NCBI RefSeq assembly: GCF_006345805.1
Contig: NC_043005.1
Span: forward strand, 95,666,001 to 95,730,000
From: Octopus sinensis
Taxonomy: Eukaryota
Direction of reading: 5' to 3'
DNA length: 64,000 nucleotides
Shown: one piece after another, positions 52,978 through 64,000 of the stretch
Numbering within the stretch: the stretch's first letter is position 1
Layout: each line of letters begins with the position of its first letter
Notes under the pieces: model-generated
Seen by the model: the letters and a program-made list of their open reading frames with translations, nothing else
Databases searched by the model: none
What the model was told of the DNA's origin: nothing
Translations under genes and position numbers: made by a program

Positions 52978-54399
52978 CTAAATTTCACGATTAATAACAA
53001 TTATGTGGTGTGCTGGGATATGTTTTAATAAATTTTTGATTAAAAACGAGTTCGTTTCTGATAATAAGTTAATTAAATTAAGAAAATGTAAGAAAATGTA
53101 GAAATTTGAGAAGTGCTAATTAATTTCCGACGCAAGTGTATATATAATGTATATATACAAAGTGTATATATCTGTATTTATGTATATTAAACTTTTTAAT
53201 ACTTTTTGATAGTTATATATATTTTTAAACAAATTATAAATATAAATTAATAATTTTAATTTTAAATTTAAATAATTTAAATTTTTTAATTTTATATTTT
53301 ACATATTTTGTACATTATATTTTTACTTTTATGTTTTGGGTTATGTTTTTCGCTGTTTAATTTGCCTAATAGTGGTTTTATCTCTAATTTAATTTATTAT
53401 ATATATATATATATAATTTGTATACATTTGTATATATAATGCGTACACACACACACACACGCATATACATATAATGCGTATATATATATATATTATATAT
53501 ATATATATATATATAATATATATATATAATGTGTGCATTATGTGGTCGGTTGAGCTGAAAATATGCACACCTATGTTAAAAGTGCTGGCAAGTTTGCATG
53601 ACAACTATTTTTTTCCTCAAATGAAAGGCGTCACCTCTAGGACAAAATTCCTCATCTTAAAAAATGTGGCCCGAGTAGACCCGAATGAAATCGGGTTACA
53701 TTAACCAAAATGTGAAAAGGGGTCTAAATGGTGATTAAAATTTACAGGAGCGGGTGTTTAGCAATTCTCTGTTACATCAAGCTAAAAAATTTGCGCTAGC
53801 CTTTAAATCGTTAATGTGTTGTCGTCCATGATGAAGAAGTTTTGAATGCTTGCCATGGTGAGTCTACTGTCGTGAGAAAGAATCAATTCAAAACTTGGTG
53901 TTTAGGAATTTTCTTTTACAAGTTCAAAATTTTACGCCAGCCGTTAAACTGTCAATACGTTGCTGTCTGTCATTAAGAAATGCCAGCCATAGTGACTCTA
54001 CAATCCTCAGATTCTATCCCTTCAAACTTTGGTTTCCAATATTTTTTTTTTATTTTTATTCAGCTCGCAAGTTCGTCTGTCCCTTTTAAATGTTAGTGTT
54101 TTGTTGTCTGCCTTGAAGCAGACTTTTCCATTGTCACTCCCTGATATTTATGATTGATCTTTCTAAATATTTTATTTCTCAACTTACTCAAGATCTTTTG
54201 TTGTTTATAAATGGGAGAGAGATAGATAAAGATAGATAGTAAGAGAAAGCGAGGGAGAGTCCGAGAGAAAGGAAGAGTAAGAGAGTGGGAAAGTGAGAGA
54301 GAAAGGAGAGAGAAACAAAGAGGGAGAATGTGGTGATAAAAAACAGAAAGTAAGAACCACACTCTTACCCGAGCGTAGAGCGGGTCACCTTAAGCTAGT

Positions 54400-54429
<30 letters not shown>

Positions 54430-54445
<16 letters not shown>

Positions 54446-54865
54446 GAATTAGAGATAAAACCACTATTAGGCAACTCAAACAGTGATAGACATAAACCAT
54501 AACATAAATAACAAATAAAATTTAAAAAAAATTTTTTTTAATTAAAAAAAAATTTTTTAATTTAAAATTTTAAAACAAATTTTTTTTATATATTTTTAAT
54601 TTTGTAAAATTAAAAATTTTTTTTCTTTTTTCAAATTTTCTTTTTTTTTATTTTTTGGGGGAATTTTTTTTAAATTAAAAAAATTTATTTTTTTCTTTAA
54701 AAAAATTTTTGTTTTTTTCATTTAAAAAAAAATTTTTTTAGATATATATTATATATTATATTAATTATATTTATATTATTTGCTATTTATGTATTGGTTT
54801 ATGTCTATCACTGTTTGAGTTGACTAATAGTGGTTTTATCTCTAGTTCATATTTTATATATTTAT
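54430..54865. mobile_element. MITE/foldback with about 65-bp TIRs and a low-complexity interior
   Basis: aaaatatgaattagagataaaaccactattaggcaactcaaacagtgatagacataaacc and its reverse complement at about 54796-54860. Confidence 0.7.
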
Positions 54866-54936
54866 ACAGTGAAATTTGATTTAATCCTAAATCTAATTTT
54901 TCCCTGTTAGTTTGGAGCCATACTCCCTAATATTAC

Positions 54937-54967
<31 letters not shown>

Positions 54968-55334
54968 ATGTACTGATCCGTGATAGAAAATTCAACAAAA
55001 AAGTACTCCATCTGATGAGAGATAAATTTTATTATTTAAAGGTCACAATACATGCATTAAAATGCTACTAATTGTTTCATATGTTGAGAGAACTCAAGCA
55101 TATTCTTCAGACGTAAACCACATATTACGAACTAAAAGATTAAATAAATAGAAGAATGTTAGACTTTATATTGAGGGAAAAGGGAGGGGTGAACTAAATT
55201 TCCCTTGGCCTATTTTTGGTTGGTTATTATCCTGATTAATACTAGAGTGGTTATGTGCTACTTTATCTTAGATGCCATTAGATCTATTAATAGTGCTTTA
55301 ATACATGTATTGCGACCTTTAAATAATATATATA

Positions 55335-55900
55335 TCATCATCATCATCATCATCGTTTAACGTCTATTTTCCATGCTGGCATGGGTTGGATGGTTTGACT
55401 GAGGTCTGGAAAGCCAGTGGTTGCAACAGGCTCCAATCTGATCTAGCAGTGTTTCTACAGCCTGATGCCCTTCTTAATGCCAACCACTCTGAGAGTGTAA
55501 TGGGTGCTTTTTATGTGCCACCAGCACAGTAGTCAGTCAGACAGCCCTGGCATCAATCACATTGATATAGTGCTTTTTACATGCCACCAGCATGGGAGCT
55601 AGTCAGGGGGCACTGGCATCGGCCAAATTCGGATGGTGCTTTTTGCATGCCACTGGTGCAGGGGCCAGTCAGGGGGTACTGGCAGCGACCACGTTCAGAT
55701 GGTGCTTTTTACATGCCACCAGCACCAAAGCTACGATTTTGGTTTTACTTGACACAACAGGTCTTCTCAAGCATATCATATCACCTGATGCCTCAAGGAT
55801 ACTTTTGAATGGGCCGGACATGCAACACTGGCATCAGCCATGGCTGTGATCCCACTTTAGTTGCCAGGTCTTCTTAATTACAGCATATCTCCAAAGGTCT
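55335..55900 (-). mobile_element. SINE-like retroposon with RTE-type tail and four internal ~62-bp units
   Basis: (CAT)n tail on +, with repeated ggtgctttttacatgccaccagcac. Confidence 0.72.
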
Positions 55901-55929
55901 GTCTCTTGTCATTATATATATATATATAT

Positions 55930-56345
55930 ATAGGAGTGGCTATATATATATATATATATATATATGTATGGCTGTGTGGTAAATAGCTTGCTTACGAACC
56001 ACATGGTTCAGGGTTCAGTCCCACTGCGTGGCACCTTGGGCAAGCGTCTTCTACTATAGCCTCGGGCCGCCCAAAGCCTTGTGAGTGGATTTGGTAGACA
56101 GAAACTGAAAGAAGCCCGTTGTATATATATGCATATGTGTGTGTGTGTGTGTATGTGTTTGTCCTCCCAACATTGCTTGACAACCGATACTGGTATGTTT
56201 ACATCCCCGTAACTTAGCGGTTCGGCAAAAGAGACCAATAGATTAAGTACTAATCTTACAAAGAATAAGTCCTGGGGTTAATTTGCTTGACTAAAAGTGG
56301 TGCTCCAGCATGGCCAGTCAAATGACTGAAACAAATAAAAGAGTA
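55930..56345 (+). mobile_element. tRNA-derived SINE with (TA)n inserted in its head
   Basis: Homologous to 28099-28510. Confidence 0.85.
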
Positions 56346-56879
56346 TATATATATATATATATAAGTGTATGTGTGTGTATGTATGTATGTATGTATGTAT
56401 GTATGTATGTGTGTGTGTGTGTGTGCGTGTGTGTGTGTACATATGTATACATTACAGCAGTATCAGTACCTAGTAGTGTTAGGTATAAATGAACTTTAGA
56501 TTAATTAAAAAATGTTTGTAACATATTTCAACTTTAAAAGGCAAAGTCACTGCAGTTACCATGGAGAAAAAATTTTCCCTTATGGCTAAAAGATATAAAA
56601 GCACCACATCTGTCCAGTGCTGCCCCCTGTTGGATTTCCAACTGTTTAGCCATTATCAATGGGAAATACCAAAGAGACGCAAGTTTAGACAGGCTTAATT
56701 AAAGTTACAGCTTTAACTAAAACACAGTCGACCACACTGACTGAGTTGTACCATTAGACTGCCAGGCTGGAGCAATTACAGCAGTATCAGCACCAAGTGA
56801 ACTTTAGGTTAGTTAAAATGTTTGTGATAAAACAAGATTCCACACAGTTTTTGTCTATTAAATTCAAAATCAAATTCGA

Positions 56880-57420
56880 TGACTGGCATTCGTACTAGCG
56901 GGGTGCAAAGACCTCCATATGAGTGTGATCGGTGACAGAGCGGTTAACCGGCTTCCATGCCAATGGCACATAAAAGGCACCATTCGAGTGTGATCATTAC
57001 CAGCGTCGTCTTACTGGCACTCGAGCCCTTTGCTAGTAGGGTATTAAGAGCACCATCCAAGCGTGATCGTTACCAGAGTGGCTATCTGGCCTCCATGCCA
57101 GTGGCATGTAAAAGACACCATTCGAGCGTGATCGTTACCAGCATCGCTTTACTGGCACCTGTGCCGGTGGCATGTGTAAAAGATTTGAGTGAGGTCGTTG
57201 CCAGTACTGTGTGACTGGCCCCATGCCGGTGGCACATAAAAGCATCCACTACACTCTCGGAGTGGTTGGCGTTAGGAAGGCATCCAGCTGTAGAAACTCT
57301 GCCAGATCAAGATTGAAACTTGGTGCAGCCATCTGGTTCACCAGTCCTCAGTCAAATCGTCCAACCCATGCTAGCATGGAAAGCGGACATTAAACGATGA
57401 CGATGATGATGATGATGATG
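56880..57420 (+). mobile_element. SINE-like retroposon with internal tandem units and (GAT)n tail
   Basis: Repeated gagtgtgatcgttaccagc..ggcacataaaaggcacc; same 3' part as 1990-2288. Confidence 0.72.
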
Positions 57421-58620
57421 AAATTCACTCACAAGGTTTTAGTTGACCCAGAGCTATAGTAGAAGACGATTGAGCCTAATGCAACATGGTTGCAAAGTAA
57501 GCTTCTTAACTACTCAACCATGCCTGTACCTTCTGCATATTATCATTCTTGAATCATTCTGTGCCATGTGGTGCATTGGTCCATTCATGCCCACCATGTT
57601 CTATTGTTTTCTTCAAAAAGTTTTTTTTAGTATTTCAGATGAGGAGAAATTGCTAACCTCTTGCTCAATTCCCCTTCATTTGGTGAAAGGAAAGAGTAAC
57701 CATGGCTGGCCCCTAGTACAATGTAATCAATATTGTGTGTGTGTGTGACAGAGAGAGAGAGAGTGCTAACCTTATTAAGTGACTGATACTTTATATATTC
57801 TTTTCTACTCTAGGCACAAGGCCCGAAGATTTGGAGAGGGAGCCAGTCGATTAGATCAATCCCAGTACACAACTGGTACTTAATTTATCGACCCCCGAAA
57901 GGATGAAAAGCAAAGTCGACCTCAGCAGAATTTGAACTCAGAATGTAAAAACAGACGAAATACCTATTTCTTTACTACCCACAAGGGGCTAAACACAAAG
58001 AGGACAAACAAGGACAGACACACGGATTAAGTCGATTATATTGACCCCAGTGTGTAACTGGTATTTATTTAATCGATCCCGAAAGGATGAAAGGCAAAGT
58101 CGACCTCGGTGGTATTTGAACTCAGAACGTAATGGCAGACGAAATACCGGTAAGTATTTCGCCAGTGTGCTAACATTTCTGCCTACTTGCCGCCTTTGAT
58201 ATTTTATATATTCTATCAGAGAGACAAAAGACAAAGTTGACTTTTGTAGGATTTGAACTCTAAACATAAAGCATTGGAACAATTACCACAAGGCACTATT
58301 TATCCAGCACTTCTGTCATATTGCTACTATTATTTTGGTTTATTTAAGAAAAAAAGGGAAAATCTGATACAAATTAATAATTGAAACTAAAATAGATATT
58401 TTGCATGTCTCAGCCCTTCTTCCTCAAAGGGAAATAGAAACTAATGTTCTAGAATGCTTAAAACAATTCTTTCCAAAATCACAAAGAAGTACCCAACTAC
58501 ATGGTTCCGGGTTCAGTCCCACTGCGTGACACCTTGGGCAAGTGTCTTCTACTATAGCCTCGGAACGACCAAAGCCTTGTGAGTGGATTTCGTAGACAGA
58601 ACTGAAAGAAGCCCATCGTA

Positions 58621-58737
<117 letters not shown>

Positions 58738-58759
58738 ATATTGATGTATATATATATGA

Positions 58760-58793
<34 letters not shown>

Positions 58794-58794
58794 T

Positions 58795-58826
<32 letters not shown>

Positions 58827-58837
58827 ATATATATATA

Positions 58838-59231
58838 CTAGCAGTATATCGCCCGGCGTTGCTCGGGTTTGTAAGGGAAATAATTATATAAGCATTTTTA
58901 GAGATGTAAAGTATAATAGCCATCTCAATATGGCTAACCACAAAGGGGGAGGGGTGTTACTGTAGCTTTTTACGTTCTGAGATTTAATAATAAATTTTAG
59001 AGAGTTACTTCCCTTATATAGTCAACAAATGGATAAAAAATGGGAAAAATTGATGGCAAATTTTTTTTAAATCGTAGACTCATCGTAGACGCGCGCTAAT
59101 ACCCAGACGGTCTCGATATGAATCACGACTATAAGATAGTTTTTGGTTAAACTGCACCGCAAAATGTGGGAGTATTAGTAGGGATCTAAATCGTAGGAGA
59201 CGACACACAACCTCACTTTTATATATAAAGA
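58838..59231 (-). mobile_element. Complete non-autonomous Helitron-like element
   Basis: 5' A|TC at 59231, 3' CTAG|T at 58838 with a subterminal hairpin; no TSD. Confidence 0.8.
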
Positions 59232-59392
59232 TTTCCTCTATTTACATAATATTGAGGTCTCTTTCTTTCTTTTGTTATCTTACTGTTTTTACCAATATAC
59301 ATATATATATAATATAAATATATATATAGTTACAGAGATGTACTTGCATAGCAAGTGACTTGATCTGAGATCGTGTGCTGGAACGAAAACAG

Positions 59393-59647
59393 TTGCAGCG
59401 TTGAAGGTGTTATAAGCCATTTAAGAAACACACAAAAACCGTAGATTCACTTCACCATTAAATTTAATTTGTCAAAATATTTTCATCGCTTTGAGACCGC
59501 GACCTGTTAGCACGATATTTTGTCAGTGAACAGGTCGCGGTCTCAAAGCGACGAAAATATTTTGGCAAATTAAATTTAAATGTTGAAGTGAATGTAACGG
59601 TTTTTGTGTGTTTCTTAAATGGCTTACAAACACCTTCCACGCTGCAA
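59393..59647. repeat. Foldback inverted repeat, about 116-bp arms, 20-nt loop
   Basis: 59393-59508 vs 59529-59647. Confidence 0.9.
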
Positions 59648-60011
59648 TATATATATACAAGACACATATATATATATGTATGTATGTATGTATGTGTGTT
59701 ATGTGTATGCATGTATGTGTGTGTGGTGTGCGTGTCTGTGCTTGTGATTGTCCTCCACCACTGCTTGACAACGAATGTTAGTTTGTTTACATCCCTGTCA
59801 CCTAGTGGTTTGACAAAGGAAACAGATAAATAAGTACAATGCTTACAAAAATAAAATGAGTTGATTCATTAAACTACAATTCTTCAAGGCATTGCCCCAG
59901 CATGGCCACAGACCAATGGCTGGAAAAAGCAGAAGAATAAAAGAATACATTCTCTGCTTTGGTCTTATGTTCAAGGCATGAGAAAGCTTGAGTTTACATG
60001 AGAAGCCTAAC

Positions 60012-60483
60012 AGACCTGGTAGAAACAGCAGCCAAATCTCCTCAAAACACCTTACTGTCTTATGTATGTATATATATGAGCCATGAGGGGGACCTCTACA
60101 TGGTAGCTAGACCTGGTAGAAATAACAGCCAAATTTCCCCCAAATCACACCTTACTGTCTTATCTATGTATATATGTATGTATGAGCCTATGAGGCAGAC
60201 CCCTACATGGCAGCTAGACCTGGTAGAAATAGCAGCCAAATTTCCCCAAATCACCCCTACTGTCTTATCATGTATATATGTATGTATGAGCCTATGAGGG
60301 AGACCCCTACATGGCAGCTAGACCTGGTAGAAATAGCAGCCAAATTTCCCCCAAATCACACCTTACTGTCTTATCTATGTATATATGTATGTATGAGGCC
60401 TATGAGGGAGACCCCTACATGCAGCTAGACATGGTAGAAATAGCAGCCAAATCTCCCTCAAATCACACCTTACTGTCTTATCT
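60012..60483 (+). repeat. Tandem array of five ~97-107-bp units
   Basis: agac[ca]tggtagaaa starts at 60012, 60109, 60216, 60320 and 60427. Confidence 0.9.
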
Positions 60484-60739
60484 TTCTGCTACTTGGATAT
60501 AGGTGTTATATTCGTCGTAAAAACTTTCCTGTCACCACTCACGCACACGCACACACACACACACACACGCACCCTCACACACACACACGCGCGCACACCC
60601 ACACACACACACTCACACACACACACGCACCTTAGCTTACAATTTTATTTATATATTGCGTGTCTATGTGTTGAAGAGGAAGTGGGAGGCAGAGTGAAAG
60701 AATCACTCACTACAGTAAGTCATTACTTTCATTTTATTC

Positions 60740-62248
60740 GTTGCCCACTGTGTGTGTGCGTTTGCGTGTGCTGTATTAAACCAGACTAATAGCATTTGAC
60801 ACACACACCAGAATGTGAGTTTTCTGTAATTTTGCTAATTGGCGTAATTTAAAAAACTGGACCTGGCATGACGCGATTGCATTGTACTCTTAAAAATGCA
60901 AGGTAAATTGTAATTGAAGAAATCCTATATGTAGATTTGTATAACTCCCGAAGGGAGGCAGATAAAATCTGCCTTTATAATAAGACTAGCAGTATCGCCC
61001 GGCGTTGCTCGGGTTTGTAAGGGAAATAACTATATAAGCATTTTTAGAGAGTTATAGCCAAAAAATAGCAAAAAATGCATTAAAAATTGAAAAAAAATTA
61101 AGGTAAATTTTTCTTTAAATCGTTGACACATCGTAGATATTTTTAGAGAGTTACTTCCCTTATATAAAAGCGAAAAAATGCATTAAAATGGAAAAATATG
61201 ATCGTAATTTTTTTTAAATCGTAGATCATCGTAGACGCGCGGCTAATACCCTGAAGGGCTCGTTTGTTATTCTGGGTAACTTCTGTAAAATTATTAAAAT
61301 TGTTCAAACATCGCTATAGATAAAAGGGTTATTAGCTAATATTCAATTGGGTATACAACAAAATTTTACGATAGAATTTGTTATTCTGGCTAACATTCTG
61401 TAAAATTATTAAAATTTTGTTCAAACATCGCTATAGAAAATGGGTATTAGCTAATATTCATTGGGTATACAACAAAATTTTACGATAGAATTTGTTATTC
61501 TGGGTAACTTTCTGTAAAATTATTAAAATTTTGTTCAAACATCGCTATAGAAAATGGGTATTAGCTAATATTCAATTGGGTATACAACAAAATTTTACGA
61601 TAGAATTTGTTATTCTGGGTAACTTTCTGATACCCATAATAAATTATGGTAAAATAGGCCTTAATTTCATTTAAGGTTGTGGGAAATAAACAAACTATCG
61701 TTTCTTCGTTTGTTTACGTTTAGCGTAAACAGTTCGTTTCTGCCGTAATGATTTCAAATGGGCTCATTCGAAAAAGTAAATAGAAATAGTGTAAGGCTTT
61801 ACTCTTCTGGGAAAGTCTGTGGCTTGGTGCAGTTTCTTCAGAAAATCCCGAAAGAAACAGTTTTTAAATTTTCACTCCATTCAGGTGCTAATTCGGTTCT
61901 TAATCGCTGTCGGATTCACTTGTTTTCACTTTAATAGCTGCCAACTTGCCAAAGACAAAGGAGGAGAAAGGTGATAGCGTCAGTGAAACAATTCGCTCCC
62001 TTTGTGTGTGTGTGCGTTTGCGTGTGGTTGTAAACCAGACTAAGAAAAGCGTTTGACACACACACCAGAATGTGAGTTTTCTGTAAATTTTGCTTAATTG
62101 GAGTTTAAATTTTAAAAACTGGACCTGGCATGACGCGATGCATTGTACTCTTAAAATTGCTAGGTAAATTGTAATTGAAGAAATCCTATATTGTAGATTT
62201 CTATAACTCCCAAAGGGAGGCAGATAAAATCTGCCTTTTATAATAAGA
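60740..62248 (-). mobile_element. Cluster of non-autonomous Helitron-like elements (two copies of family A flanking one of family B)
   Basis: 60740-60985 is similar to 61995-62248 (5' TCTTATTA ends at 60985 and 62248); family B 3' CTAG at 60986-60989. Confidence 0.7.
61263..61629. repeat. Tandem repeat, 114-115-bp unit x3.2
   Basis: tttgttattctgg starts at 61263, 61377, 61491 and 61606. Confidence 0.92.
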
Positions 62249-63311
62249 TAATATATAATATATATATATCTATTATATATATATATATATAATATATATA
62301 TATATATGTAGTGTGTGTATATGTTTGTGTATCTGTGGTCTCCCCCTAACATCGCTTGACAACCGATGCTGGTGAGTAACTTAGCAGTTCGGCAAAAGAG
62401 ACCGATATAATAAGTACTAGGCTTCCAAAGAATAAGTCCAGGGGTCGATTTGCTTGACTAAAGGCGGTGCTCCAGCATGGCCACAGTGAAATGACGGAAA
62501 CAAGCAAAAGAATAAAAGAGTATATAAAGATACTTTCTTCAATACTATGCCCTCAGTTAAAAGATCTTGTCTTGGAAATTACTCGGTGGACTTGTTGGTG
62601 CTTGTACCATGTAAAAAGCACCTAAAACACTCTGTAAAATGGTTGGCATCAGGAAAGGCATCCAGCTGAAGAAACAATGTCAAAGGAGACAGTACAGCTT
62701 GACACATTCCTCTCGTTTGCCAACTTTTATCAAACTGTCCAACTCATGCCAGCATAGAAAACAGAAGTTAAATGGTGATGATGATGATGATGATGATATA
62801 TAAATAAAACATAATGCTGGTGGCTTGTGGTCCAGTTGTGGCTGTGATGAAGCAGCAGCAGTCATTGTGACAGCAGGAAGTAGATTCTTGTGAATGAGGG
62901 TCTTGTTTCTTTTTCTTTTTACTTAAGTGGAGACCATGACACTTTGGCAACGTTATCAGACATTTAGTCATCCTCTTGATTTATTTGTTTTAGTACATTG
63001 TATATGTTGTGGTTATTGTAACTGTTTAACCACAGGTTGACCCCAATTTCACAGATCTACGATTAAAACCATAACAGTAGTGACCATTTGTACCTTTACA
63101 ATTACAATTTGCGCTGCATCTGGAACCATGTCCTCCCAGTTCTTTTATAAGACAATAAAGTGTAATTTGAAAGATATTTGACTGCCATATCCAGCCGGGC
63201 CAACCACCACATACAGACCTCATCCACATCAATGGTTCTCAATGTATCAAGTCCAAGTGTGAGATAAAATCCACTGCAATGTTGCTGTTAAATTGCTAAT
63301 AAGCCACCCAC

Positions 63312-63312
63312 T

Positions 63313-63361
<49 letters not shown>

Positions 63362-63386
63362 ATAATATATATAATATATATATATT

Positions 63387-63454
<68 letters not shown>

Positions 63455-63466
63455 TATATGTATATA

Positions 63467-63537
<71 letters not shown>

Positions 63538-63615
63538 CACATATATGTATGCATGTATATATATATATATATATGTGTGTGTATATATGTATATGTATAT
63601 TTATATATATATAAA
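63312..63615. repeat. (TA)n-rich microsatellite
   Basis: Direct reading. Confidence 0.95.
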
Positions 63616-64000
63616 TAAATAAAAGTGAAGACACATAGCTCAGTGGTTAGAGTGTTGTGCTCACAATCATGAGGTAGTGAATTTGATTCCCGGACCGGGC
63701 TGTATGTTGTGTTCTTGAGCAAGGCACGTTATTTTCATGTTGCTCCAGTCCACTCAGCTGTAGATATGAGTTGCGACATCACTGGTGCCAAGCTGTACTG
63801 GCCTTTGCCTTTCCTTAGGATAAAATTGATAGTGTCGAGATGGGAGGCTGCTCTGCATGGGTGAAGTCACAATTATTTAACATTGCAGCCATCACTTGTT
63901 GGAATATGGCAGGTGCCACTTTTACACCAAAAGGAAGCTGCTTGAATTTATACCATCCATAGTGTGTGTTGATTGTTAAAAGGTGTGCACAATCTTCCTC

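Larger units (their letters stand above)
51460..53138 (+). mobile_element. Tc1 DNA transposon (1679 bp), 26-bp TIRs, TA target duplication
   Basis: TIRs cactaccgtcagaaattaattagcac (51460-51485) and 53113-53138, 23/26 identical; TA at 51458-59 and 53139-40. Confidence 0.95.

Noticed and set aside
53150-54790. Unusual A/T homopolymer mosaics at 53200-53400 and 54500-54790
   Set aside because: They lie inside or next to foldback repeats and look like low-quality long-read consensus through hairpins; raw reads are needed before any interpretation.
63026-63260. Minus-strand open frames including a Cys-rich CSANCNC stretch
   Set aside because: No recognisable domain spacing or consistent splice sites; could be chance or decayed LINE sequence.

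Overview
AT-rich, repeat-dominated metazoan genomic DNA. The SINE, MITE and microsatellite repertoire looks cephalopod/Octopus-like; this is an inference from recalled repeat families, not a database search. The only host coding sequence I can support is the terminal exon of a polo-like kinase (polo-box 2, PLK2/3-type) at 3654-3863. The rest is mobile DNA: three related Tx1/L1-type LINE derivatives (a 5' half, an ORF1-only copy, and a full-length decayed copy with a 16-bp TSD nested in a Helitron), Penelope-like pieces (GIY-YIG ORF and terminal repeats), a GC-rich DD34E Tc1 with TIRs, mariner fragments, a solo LTR with a 4-bp TSD, non-autonomous Helitrons, many tRNA-derived SINEs and long microsatellites. 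The most striking structure is 23221-25380. There, an ORF1-only LINE derivative is bracketed by 228-bp near-perfect inverted repeats. Each repeat carries a minimal type I hammerhead ribozyme fold with a compensatory U3:A8 core, ORF1 contains a perfect 53-bp-arm palindrome, and a paralogous empty site lies about 6 kb downstream. Other Penelope termini in the window carry further non-canonical hammerhead-like motifs with covarying stems.
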